From Nemertoderma westbladi (lineage: Eukaryota; Animalia; Xenacoelomorpha): a stretch of 64,000 nt of DNA. The DNA lies in contig JAUCBJ010000488.1 of the NCBI GenBank assembly GCA_032718475.1, forward strand, positions 62,001 through 126,000. The letters run 5' to 3'. Shown piece after piece: positions 39,001-51,000 of the stretch; within the stretch, counting starts at the first letter, position 1, and each line of letters begins with the position of its first letter. The notes below the pieces were generated by a model. It was given only the letters and a program-made list of their open reading frames with translations. It made no database searches and was not told where the DNA came from. The position numbers and the translations under genes were made by a program.

Positions 39001-42000
39001 AGGGTGGTACAAGTAAAATAAAGTTAGCGGTGTCAGGGTGGTACAAGTAAAATAAAGTTAGCGGTGTCAGAGTCAGGGTGGTACAAGTAAAATAAAGTTA
39101 GCGGTGTCAGGGTGGTACAAGTAAAACAAAGTTAGCGGTGTCAGTGTCGGGGTGGTACAAGTAAAATAAAGTTAGCGGTGTCAGTGTCAGGGTGGTATAA
39201 GTAAAATAAAGTTAGCGGTGTCAGAGTCAGGGTGGTAAAATAAAGTTAGCGGTGTCAGTGTCAGGGTGGTACAAGTAAAACAAAGTTAGCGGTGTCAGAG
39301 TCAGGGTGGTACAAGTAAAATAAAGTTAGCGGTGTCAGGGTGGTACAAGTAAAATAAAGTTAGCGGTGTCAGAGTCAGGGTGGTACAAGTAAAATAAAGT
39401 TAGCGGTGTCAGGGTGGTACAAGTAAAACAAAGTTAGCGGTGTCAGTGTCGGGGTGGTACAAGTAAAATAAAGTTAGCGGTGTCAGTGTCAGGGTGGTAC
39501 AAGTAAAATAAATTTAGCGGTGTCATTGTCAGGGTGGTACAAGTAAAATAAAGTTAGCGGTGTCAGTGTCAGGGTGGTACAAGTAAAATAAAGTTAGCGG
39601 TGTCAGAGTCAGGGTGGTACAAGTAAAATAAAGTTAGCGGTGTCAGTGTCAGGGTGGTACAAGTAAAATAAAGTTAGCGGTGTCAGTGTCAGGGTGGTAC
39701 AAGTAAAATAAAGTTAGCAGTGTCAGAGTCAGGGTGGTACAAGTAAAATAAAGTTAGCGGTGTCAGAATCAGGGTGGTACAAGTGAAATAAAGTTAGCGT
39801 GTCAGAGTCAGGGTGGTACAAGTAAAATAAAGTTAGCGGTGTCAGGGTGGTACAAGTAAAACAAAGTTAGCGGTGTCAGAGTCAGGGTGGTACAAGTAAA
39901 ATAAAGTTAGCGGTGTCAGTGTCAGGGTGGTACAATTAAAATAAAGTTAGCGGTGTCAGAGTCAGGGTGGTACAAGTAAAATAAAGTTAGCGGTGTCAGG
40001 GTGGTACAAGTAAAATAAAGTTAGCGGTGTCAGGGTGGTACAAGTAAAACAAAGTTAGCGGTGTCAGAGTCAGGGTGGTACAAGTAAAATAAAGTTAGCG
40101 GTGTCAGAGTCAGGGTGGTACATGTAAAATAAAGTTAGCGTGTCAGAGTCAGGGTGGTACAAGTAAAATAAAGTTAGCGGTGTCAGTGTCAGGGTGGTAC
40201 AAGTAAAATAAAGTTAGCGGTGTCAGTGTCAGGGTGGTACAAGTAAAATAAAGTTAGCGGTGTCAGGGTGGTACAAGTAAAACAAAGTTAGCGGTGTCAG
40301 AGTCAGGGTGGTACAAGTAAAATAAAGTTAGCGGTGTCAGAGTCAGGGCGGTACAAGTAAAATAAAGTTAGCGGTGTCAGGGTGGTACAAGTAAAACAAA
40401 GTTAGCGGTGTCAGAGACAGGGTGGTACAAGTAAAATAAAGTTAGCGGTGTCAGAGTCAGGGTGGTACAAGTAAAATAAAGTTAGCGTGTCAGAGTCAGG
40501 GTGGTACAAGTAAAATAAAGTTAGCGGTGTCAGTGTCAGGGTGGTACAAGTAAAATAAAGTTAGCGGTGTCAGAGTCAGGGTGGTACAAGTAAAATAAAG
40601 TTAGCGGTGTCAGAGTCAGGGTGGTACAAGTAAAATAAAGTTAGCGTGTCAGAGTCAGGGTGGTACAAGTAAAATAAGGTTAGCGGTGTCAGTGTCAGGG
40701 TGGTACAAGTAAAATAAAGTTAGCGCTGTCAGTGTCAGGGTGGTACAAGTAAAATAAAGTTAGCGGTGTCAGTGTCAGGGTGGTACAAGTAAAATAAAGT
40801 TAGCGGTGTCAGGGTGGTACAAGTAAAATAAAGTTAGCGGTGTCAGTGTCAGGGTGGTACAAGTAAAATAAAGTTAGCGGTGTCAGGGTGGTACAAGTAA
40901 AACAAAGTTAGCGGTGTCAGAGTCAGGGTGGTACAAGTAAAATAAAGTTAGCGGTGTCAGAGTCAGGGCGGTACAAGTAAAATAAAGTTAGCGGTGTCAG
41001 GGTGGTACAAGTAAAACAAAGTTAGCGGTGTCAGAGACAGGGTGGTACAAGTAAAATAAAGTTAGCGGTGTCAGAGTCAGGGTGGTACAAGTAAAATAAA
41101 GTTAGCGTGTTAGAGTCAGGGTGGTACAAGTAAAATAAAGTTAGCGGTGTCAGTGTCAGGGTGGTAGAAGTAAAATAAAGTTAGCGGTGTCAGAGTCAGG
41201 GTGGTACAAATAAAATAAAGTTAACGGTGTCAGAGTCAGGGTGGTACAAGTAAAATAAAGTTAGCGTGTCAGAGTCAGGGTGGTACAAGTAAAATAAAGT
41301 TAGCGGTGTCAGTGTCAGGGTGGTACAAGTAAAATAAAGTTAGCGCTGTCAGTGTCAGGGTGGTACAAGTAAAATAAAGTTAGCGGTGTCAGTGTCAGGG
41401 TGGTACAAGTAAAATAAATTTAGCGGTGTCAGAGTTAGGGTGGTACAAGTAAAACAAAGTTAGCGGTGTCAGAGTCAGGGTGGTACAAGTAAAATAAAGT
41501 TAGCGGTGTCAGAGTCAGGGTGGTACAAGTAAAACAAAGTTAGCGGTGTCAGTGTCAGGGTGGTACAAGTAAAATAAAGTTAGCGGTGTCAGAGTCAGGG
41601 TGGTACAAGTAAAATAAAGTTAGCGGTGTCAGGGTGGTACAAGTAAAATAAAGTTAGCGGTGTCAGAGTCAGGGTGGTACAAGTAAAATAAAGTTAGCGG
41701 TGTCAGGGTGGTACAAGTAAAACAAAGTTAGCGGTGTCAGAGTCAGGGTGGTACAAGTAAAATAAAGTTAGCGGTGTCAGTGTCAGGGTGGTACAAGTAA
41801 AATAAAGTTAGCGGTGTCAGAGTCAGGGTGGTACAAGTAAAATAAAGTTAGCGGTGTCAGGGTGGTACAAGTAAAATAAAGTTAGCGGTGTCAGAGTCAG
41901 GGTGGTACAAGTAAAATAAAGTTAGCGGTGTCAGGGTGGTACAAGTAAAACAAAGTCAGCGGTGTCAGAGTCAGGGTGGTACAAGTAAAATAAAGTTAGC

Positions 42001-45000
42001 GGTGTCAGTGTCAGGGTGGTACAAGTAAAATAAAGTTAGCGTTTCAGTGTCAGGGTGGTACAAGTAAAATAAAGTTAGCGGTGTCAGTGTCAGGGTGGTA
42101 CAAGTAAAATAAAGTTAGCGGTGTCAGGGTGGTATAAGTAATATGAAGTTAGCGGTGTCAGAGTGGTACAGGTAAAACAAAGTTAGCGGTGTCAGGGTGG
42201 TACAAGTAAAATAAAGTTAGCGGTGTCAGAGTTAGGGTGGAACAAGTAAAATAAAGTTAGCGGTGTCAGAGTCAGGGTGGTACAAGTAAAATAAAGTTAG
42301 CGGTATCAGAGTCAGGGTGGTACAAGTAAAATAAAGTTAGCGGTGTCAGAGTCAGGGTGGTACAAGTAAAATAAAGTTAGCGGTGTCAGAGTTAGGGTGG
42401 TAAAAGTAAAATAAAGTTAGCGGTGTCAGAGTCAGGGTGGTACAAGTAAAATAAAGTTAGCGGTGTCAGAGTTAGGGTGGAACAAGTAAAATAAAGTTAG
42501 CGGTGTCAGAGTCAGGGTGGTACAAGTAAAATAAAGTTAGCGGTGTCAGAGTCAGGGTGGTACAAGTAAAATAAAGTTAGCGGTGTCAGAGTTAGGGTGG
42601 TACAAGTAAAATAAAGTTAGCGGTGTCAGAGTCAGGGTGGTACAAGTAAAATAATGTTAGCGATGTCAGAGTCAGGGTGGTACAAGTAAAATAAAGTTAG
42701 CGTGTCAGTGTCAGGGTGGTACAAGTAAAATAAAGTTAGCGGTGTCAGAGTCAGGGTGGTACAAGTAAAATAAAGTTAGCGGTGTCAGAGTCAGGGTGGT
42801 ACAAGTAAAATAAAGTTAGCGGTGTCAGAGTCAGGGTGGTACAAGTAAAATAAAGTTAGCGGTGTCAGGGTGGTATAAGTAAAATAAAGTTAGCGGTGTC
42901 AGAGTCAGGGTGGTACAAGTAAAACAAAGTTAGCGGTGTCAGTGTCAGGGTGGTACAAGTAAAATAAAGTTAGCGGTGTCAGTGTCAGGGTGGTACAAGT
43001 AAAATAAAGTTAGCGGTGTCAGAGTCAGGGTGGTACAAGTAAAATAAAGTTAGCGGTGTCAGAGTCAGGGTGGTACAAGTAAAATAAAGTTAGCGGTGTC
43101 AGAGTCAGGGTGGTACAAGTAAAATAAAGTTAGCGGTGTCAGAGTCAGGGTGGTACAAGTAAAATAAAGTTAGCGGTGTCAGAGTCAGGGTGGTACAAGT
43201 AAAATAAAGTTAGCGGTGTCAGGGTGGTATAAGTAAAATAAAGTTAGCGGTGTCAGAGTCAGGGTGGTACAAATAAAACAAAGTTAGCGGTGTCAGTGTC
43301 AGGGTGGTACAAGTAAAATAAAGTTAGCGGTGTCAGGGTCAGGGAAGTACAAGTAAAAGAAACTTAGCGGTGTCAGGGTGGTACAAGTAAAATAAAGGTA
43401 GCGGTGTCAATGTCAGGGTGGTAGAAGTAAAATAAAGTTAGCGGTGTCAGTGTCAGGGTGGTACAAGTAAAATAAAGTTAGCGGTGTCAGTGTCAGGGTG
43501 GTACAAGTAAAATAAAGTTAGCGGTGTCAGAGTCAGGGTGGTACAAGTAAAATAAAGTTAGCGGTGTCAGGGTGGTACAAGTAAAACAAAGTTAGCGGTG
43601 TCAGTTTCAGGGTGGTACAAGTAAAATAAAGTTAGCGGTGTCAGTGTCAGGGTGGTACAAGTAAAATAAAGTTAGCGGTGTCAGAGTCAGGGTGGTACAA
43701 GTAAAATAAAGTTAGCGGTGTCAGGGTGGTACAAGTAAAATAAAGTTAGCGGTGTCAGAGTCAGGGTGGTACAAGTAAAATAAAGTTAGCGGTGTCAGGG
43801 TGGTACAAGTAAAACAAAGTTAGCGGTGTCAGTGTCAGGGTGGTACAAGTAAAATAAAGTTAGCGGTGTCAGTGTCAGGGTGGTACAAGTAAAATAAAGT
43901 TAGCGGTGTCAGAGTCAGGGTGGTACAAGTAAAATAAAGTTAGCGGTGTCAGGGTGGTACAAGTAAAACAAAGTTAGCGGTGTCAGAGTCAGGGTGGTAC
44001 AAGTAAAATAAAGTTAGCGGTGTCAGTGTCAGGGTGGTACAAGTAAAATAAAGTTAGCGTTTCAGTGTCAGGGTGGTACAAGTAAAATAAAGTTAGCGGT
44101 GTCAGTGTCAGGGTGGTACAAGTAAAAAAAGTTAGCGGTGTCAGGCTGGTATAAGTAATATGAAGTTAGCGGTGTCAGAGTGGTACAGGTAAAATAAAGT
44201 TAGCGGTGTCAGGGTGGTACAAGTAAAACAAAGTTAGCGGTGTCAGAGTCAGGGTGGTACAAGTAAAATAAAGTTAGCGGTGTCAGAGTCAGGGTGGTAC
44301 AAGTAAAATAAAGTTAGCGGTGTCAGAGTCAGGGTGGTAAAAGTAAAATAAAGTTAGCGGTGTTAGAGTCAGGGTGGTACAAGTAAAATAAAGTTAGCGG
44401 TGTCAGAGTTAGGGTGGAACAAGTAAAATAAAGTTAGCGGTGTCAGAGTCAGGGTGGTACAAGTAAAATAAAGTTAGCGGTGTCAGAGTCAGGGTGGTAC
44501 AAGTAAAATAAAGTTAGCGGTGTCAGAGTTAGGGTGGTACAAGTAAAATAAAGTTAGCGGTGTCAGAGTCAGGGTGGTACAAGTAAAATAATGTTAGCGA
44601 TGTCAGAGTCAGGGTGGTACAAGTAAAATAAAGTTAGCGTGTCAGTGTCAGGGTGGTACAAGTAAAATAAAGTTAGCGGTGTCAGAGTCAGGGTGGTACA
44701 AGTAAAATAAAGTTAGCGGTGTCAGAGTCAGGGTGGTACAAGTAAAATAAAGTTAGCGGTGTCAGAGTCAGGGTGGTACAAGTAAAATAAAGTTAGCGGT
44801 GTCAGGGTGGTATAAGTAAAATAAAGTTAGCGGTGTCAGAGTCAGGGTGGTACAAGTAAAACAAAGTTAGCGGTGTCAGAGTCAGGGTGGTACAAGTAAA
44901 ACAAAGTTAGCGGTGTCAGTGTCAGGGTGGTACAAGTAAAATAAAGTTAGCGGTGTCAGAGTCAGGGTGGTACAAGTAAAATAAAGTTAGCGGTGTCAGA

Positions 45001-48000
45001 GTCAGGGTGGTACAAGTAAAAGAAACTTAGCGGTGTCAGGGTAGTACAAGTAAAATAAAGGTAGCGGTGTCAGTGTCAGGGTGGTAGAAGTAAAATAAAG
45101 TTAGCGGTGTCAGTGTCAGGGTGGTACAAGTAAAATAAAGTTAGCGGTGTCAGTGTCAGGGTGGTACAAGTAAAATAAAGTTAGCGGTGTCAGAGTCAGG
45201 GTGGTACAAGTAAAATAAAGTTAGCGGTGTCAGGGTGGTACAAGTAAAAGAAAGTTAGCGGTGTCAGTGTCAGGGTGGTACAAGTAAAATAAAGTTAGCG
45301 GTGTCAGAGTCAGGGTGGTACAAGTAAAACAAAGTTAGCGGTATCAGAGTCAGGGTGGTACAAGTAAAATAAAGTTAGCGGTGTCAGAGTCAGGGTGGTA
45401 CAAGTAAAATAAAGTTAGCGGTGTCAGGGTGGTATAAGTAAAATAAAGTTAGCGGTGTCAGTGTCAGGGTGGTACAAGTAAAATAAAGTTAGCGGTGTCA
45501 GGGTGGTACAAGTAAAATAAAGTTAGCGGTGTCAGGGTGGTACAAGTAAAATAAAGGTAGCGGTGTCAGTGTCAGGGTGGTAGAAGTAAAATAAAGTTAG
45601 CGGTGTCAGTGTCAGGGTGGTACAAGTAAAATAAAGTTAGCGGTGTCAGTGTCAGGGTGGTACAAGTAAAATAAAGTTAGCGGTGTCAGAGTCAGGGTGG
45701 TACAAGTAAAATAAAGTTAGCGGTGTCAGGGTGGTACAAGTAAAACAAAGTTAGCGGTGTCAGTGTCAGGGTGGTACAAGTAAAATAAAGTTAGCGGTGT
45801 CAGGGTGGTACAAGTAAAACAAAGTTAGCGGTGTCAGAGTCAGGGTGGTACAAGTAAAACAAAGTTAGCGGTATCAGAGTCAGGGTGGTACAAGTAAAAT
45901 AAAGTTAGCGGTGTCAGAGTCAGGGTGGTAGAAGTAAAATAAAGTTAGCGGTGTCAGGGTGGTACAAGTAAAATAAAGGTAGCGGTGTCAGTGTCAGGGT
46001 GGTAGAAGTAAAATAAAGTTAGCGGTGTCAGTGTCAGGGTGGTACAAGTAAAATAAAGTTAGCGGTGTCAGTGTCAGGGTGGTACAAGTAAAATAAAGTT
46101 AGCGGTGTCAGAGTCAGGGTGGTACAAGTAAAATAAAGTTAGCGGTGTCAGAGTCAGGGTGGTACAAGTAAAATAAAGTTAGCGGTGTCAGAGTTAGGGT
46201 GGTACAAGTAAAATAAAGTTAGCGGTGTCAGAGTCAGGGTGGTACAAGTAAAATAATGTTAGCGATGTCAGAGTCAGGGTGGTACAAGTAAAATAAAGTT
46301 AGCGTGTCAGTGTCAGGGTGGTACAAGTAAAATAAAGTTAGCGGTGTCAGAGTCAGGGTGGTACAAGTAAAATAAAGTTAGCGGTGTCAGAGTCAGGGTG
46401 GTACAAGTAAAATAAAGTTAGCGGTGTCAGAGTCAGGGTGGTACAAGTAAAATAAAGTTAGCGGTGTCAGGGTGGTATAAGTAAAATAAAGTTAGCGGTG
46501 TCAGAGTCAGGGTGGTACAAGTAAAACAAAGTTAGCGGTGTCAGTGTCAGGGTGGTACAAGTAAAATAAAGTTAGCGGTGTCAGTGTCAGGGTGGTACAA
46601 GTAAAATAAAGTTAGCGGTGTCAGTGTCAGGGTGGTACAAGTAAAATAAAGTTAGCGGTGTCAGGGTGGTACAAGTAAAACAAAGTTAGCGGTGTCAGAG
46701 TCAGGGTGGTACAAGTAAAATAAAGTTAGCGGTGTCAGAGTCAGGGCGGTACAAGTAAAATAAAGTTAGCGGTGTCAGGGTGGTACAAGTAAAACAAAGT
46801 TAGCGGTGTCAGAGACAGGGTGGTACAAGTAAAATAAAGTTAGCGGTGTCAGAGTCAGGGTGGTACAAGTAAAATAAAGTTAGCGTGTCAGAGTCAGGGT
46901 GGTACAAGTAAAATAAAGTTAGCGGTGTCAGTGTCAGGGTGGTACAAGTAAAATAAAGTTAGCGGTGTCAGAGTCAGGGTGGTACAAGTAAAATAAAGTT
47001 AGCGGTGTCAGAGTCAGGGTGGTACAAGTAAAATAAAGTTAGCGTGTCAGAGTCAGGGTGGTACAAGTAAAATAAGGTTAGCGGTGTCAGTGTCAGGGTG
47101 GTACAAGTAAAATAAAGTTAGCGCTGTCAGTGTCAGGGTGGTACAAGTAAAATAAAGTTAGCGGTGTCAGTGTCAGGGTGGTACAAGTAAAATAAAGTTA
47201 GCGGTGTCAGGGTGGTACAAGTAAAATAAAGTTAGCGGTGTCAGTGTCAGGGTGGTACAAGTAAAATAAAGTTAGCGGTGTCAGGGTGGTACAAGTAAAA
47301 CAAAGTTAGCGGTGTCAGAGTCAGGGTGGTACAAGTAAAATAAAGTTAGCGGTGTCAGAGTCAGGGCGGTACAAGTAAAATAAAGTTAGCGGTGTCAGGG
47401 TGGTACAAGTAAAACAAAGTTAGCGGTGTCAGAGACAGGGTGGTACAAGTAAAATAAAGTTAGCGGTGTCAGAGTCAGGGTGGTACAAGTAAAATAAAGT
47501 TAGCGTGTTAGAGTCAGGGTGGTACAAGTAAAATAAAGTTAGCGGTGTCAGTGTCAGGGTGGTAGAAGTAAAATAAAGTTAGCGGTGTCAGAGTCAGGGT
47601 GGTACAAGTAAAATAAAGTTAGCGTGTCAGAGTCAGGGTGGTACAAGTAAAATAAAGTTAGCGGTGTCAGTGTCAGGGTGGTACAAGTAAAATAAAGTTA
47701 GCGCTGTCAGTGTCAGGGTGGTACAAGTAAAATAAAGTTAGCGGTGTCAGTGTCAGGGTGGTACAAGTAAAATAAATTTAGCGGTGTCAGAGTTAGGGTG
47801 GTACAAGTAAAACAAAGTTAGCGGTGTCAGAGTCAGGGTGGTACAAGTAAAATAAAGTTAGCGGTGTCAGAGTCAGGGTGGTACAAGTAAAACAAAGTTA
47901 GCGGTGTCAGTGTCAGGGTGGTACAAGTAAAATAAAGTTAGCGGTGTCAGAGTCAGGGTGGTACAAGTAAAATAAAGTTAGCGGTGTCAGGGTGGTACAA

Positions 48001-51000
48001 GTAAAATAAAGTTAGCGGTGTCAGAGTCAGGGTGGTACAAGTAAAATAAAGTTAGCGGTGTCAGGGTGGTACAAGTAAAACAAAGTTAGCGGTGTCAGAG
48101 TCAGGGTGGTACAAGTAAAATAAAGTTAGCGGTGTCAGTGTCAGGGTGGTACAAGTAAAATAAAGTTAGCGGTGTCAGAGTCAGGGTGGTACAAGTAAAA
48201 TAAAGTTAGCGGTGTCAGGGTGGTACAAGTAAAATAAAGTTAGCGGTGTCAGAGTCAGGGTGGTACAAGTAAAATAAAGTTAGCGGTGTCAGGGTGGTAC
48301 AAGTAAAACAAAGTCAGCGGTGTCAGAGTCAGGGTGGTACAAGTAAAATAAAGTTAGCGGTGTCAGTGTCAGGGTGGTACAAGTAAAATAAAGTTAGCGT
48401 TTCAGTGTCAGGGTGGTACAAGTAAAATAAAGTTAGCGGTGTCAGTGTCAGGGTGGTACAAGTAAAATAAAGTTAGCGGTGTCAGGGTGGTATAAGTAAT
48501 ATGAAGTTAGCGGTGTCAGAGTGGTACAGGTAAAACAAAGTTAGCGGTGTCAGGGTGGTACAAGTAAAATAAAGTTAGCGGTGTCAGAGTTAGGGTGGAA
48601 CAAGTAAAATAAAGTTAGCGGTGTCAGAGTCAGGGTGGTACAAGTAAAATAAAGTTAGCGGTATCAGAGTCAGGGTGGTACAAGTAAAATAAAGTTAGCG
48701 GTGTCAGAGTCAGGGTGGTACAAGTAAAATAAAGTTAGCGGTGTCAGAGTTAGGGTGGTAAAAGTAAAATAAAGTTAGCGGTGTCAGAGTCAGGGTGGTA
48801 CAAGTAAAATAAAGTTAGCGGTGTCAGAGTTAGGGTGGAACAAGTAAAATAAAGTTAGCGGTGTCAGAGTCAGGGTGGTACAAGTAAAATAAAGTTAGCG
48901 GTGTCAGAGTCAGGGTGGTACAAGTAAAATAAAGTTAGCGGTGTCAGAGTTAGGGTGGTACAAGTAAAATAAAGTTAGCGGTGTCAGAGTTAGGGTGGTA
49001 CAAGTAAAATAATGTTAGCGATGTCAGAGTCAGGGTGGTACAAGTAAAATAAAGTTAGCGTGTCAGTGTCAGGGTGGTACAAGTAAAATAAAGTTAGCGG
49101 TGTCAGAGTCAGGGTGGTACAAGTAAAATAAAGTTAGCGGTGTCAGAGTCAGGGTGGTACAAGTAAAATAAAGTTAGCGGTGTCAGAGTCAGGGTGGTAC
49201 AAGTAAAATAAAGTTAGCGGTGTCAGGGTGGTATAAGTAAAATAAAGTTAGCGGTGTCAGAGTCAGGGTGGTACAAGTAAAACAAAGTTAGCGGTGTCAG
49301 TGTCAGGGTGGTACAAGTAAAATAAAGTTAGCGGTGTCAGTGTCAGGGTGGTACAAGTAAAATAAAGTTAGCGGTGTCAGAGTCAGGGTGGTACAAGTAA
49401 AATAAAGTTAGCGGTGTCAGAGTCAGGGTGGTACAAGTAAAATAAAGTTAGCGGTGTCAGAGTCAGGGTGGTACAAGTAAAATAAAGTTAGCGGTGTCAG
49501 AGTCAGGGTGGTACAAGTAAAATAAAGTTAGCGGTGTCAGAGTCAGGGTGGTACAAGTAAAATAAAGTTAGCGGTGTCAGGGTGGTATAAGTAAAATAAA
49601 GTTAGCGGTGTCAGAGTCAGGGTGGTACAAATAAAACAAAGTTAGCGGTGTCAGTGTCAGGGTGGTACAAGTAAAATAAAGTTAGCGGTGTCAGGGTCAG
49701 GGAAGTACAAGTAAAAGAAACTTAGCGGTGTCAGGGTGGTACAAGTAAAATAAAGGTAGCGGTGTCAATGTCAGGGTGGTAGAAGTAAAATAAAGTTAGC
49801 GGTGTCAGTGTCAGGGTGGTACAAGTAAAATAAAGTTAGCGGTGTCAGTGTCAGGGTGGTACAAGTAAAATAAAGTTAGCGGTGTCAGAGTCAGGGTGGT
49901 ACAAGTAAAATAAAGTTAGCGGTGTCAGGGTGGTACAAGTAAAACAAAGTTAGCGGTGTCAGTGTCAGGGTGGTACAAGTAAAATAAAGTTAGCGGTGTC
50001 AGTGTCAGGGTGGTACAAGTAAAATAAAGTTAGCGGTGTCAGAGTCAGGGTGGTACAAGTAAAATAAAGTTAGCGGTGTCAGGGTGGTACAAGTAAAATA
50101 AAGTTAGCGGTGTCAGAGTCAGGGTGGTACAAGTAAAATAAAGTTAGCGGTGTCAGGGTGGTACAAGTAAAACAAAGTTAGCGGTGTCAGTGTCAGGGTG
50201 GTACAAGTAAAATAAAGTTAGCGGTGTCAGTGTCAGGGTGGTACAAGTAAAATAAAGTTAGCGGTGTCAGAGTCAGGGTGGTACAAGTAAAATAAAGTTA
50301 GCGGTGTCAGGGTGGTACAAGTAAAACAAAGTTAGCGGTGTCAGAGTCAGGGTGGTACAAGTAAAATAAAGTTAGCGGTGTCAGTGTCAGGGTGGTACAA
50401 GTAAAATAAAGTTAGCGTTTCAGTGTCAGGGTGGTACAAGTAAAATAAAGTTAGCGGTGTCAGTGTCAGTCAGGGTGGTACAAGTAAAATAAAGTTAGCG
50501 GTGTCAGGGTGGTATAAGTAAAATAAAGTTAGCGGTGTCAGAGTCAGGGTGGTACAAGTAAAACAAAGTTAGCGGTGTCAGAGTCAGGGTGGTACAAGTA
50601 AAACAAAGTTAGCGGTGTCAGTGTCAGGGTGGTACAAGTAAAATAAAGTTAGCGGTGTCAGAGTCAGGGTGGTACAAGTAAAATAAAGTTAGCGGTGTCA
50701 GAGTCAGGGTGGTACAAGTAAAAGAAACTTAGCGGTGTCAGGGTAGTACAAGTAAAATAAAGGTAGCGGTGTCAGTGTCAGGGTGGTAGAAGTAAAATAA
50801 AGTTAGCGGTGTCAGTGTCAGGGTGGTACAAGTAAAATAAAGTTAGCGGTGTCAGTGTCAGGGTGGTACAAGTAAAATAAAGTTAGCGGTGTCAGAGTCA
50901 GGGTGGTACAAGTAAAATAAAGTTAGCGGTGTCAGGGTGGTACAAGTAAAAGAAAGTTAGCGGTGTCAGTGTCAGGGTGGTACAAGTAAAATAAAGTTAG

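Noticed and set aside
42166-42178. CAG|GTAAAA variant as a recursive splice site (also ~44185, ~48526)
   Set aside because: It lies on the plus strand, antisense to the host gene.
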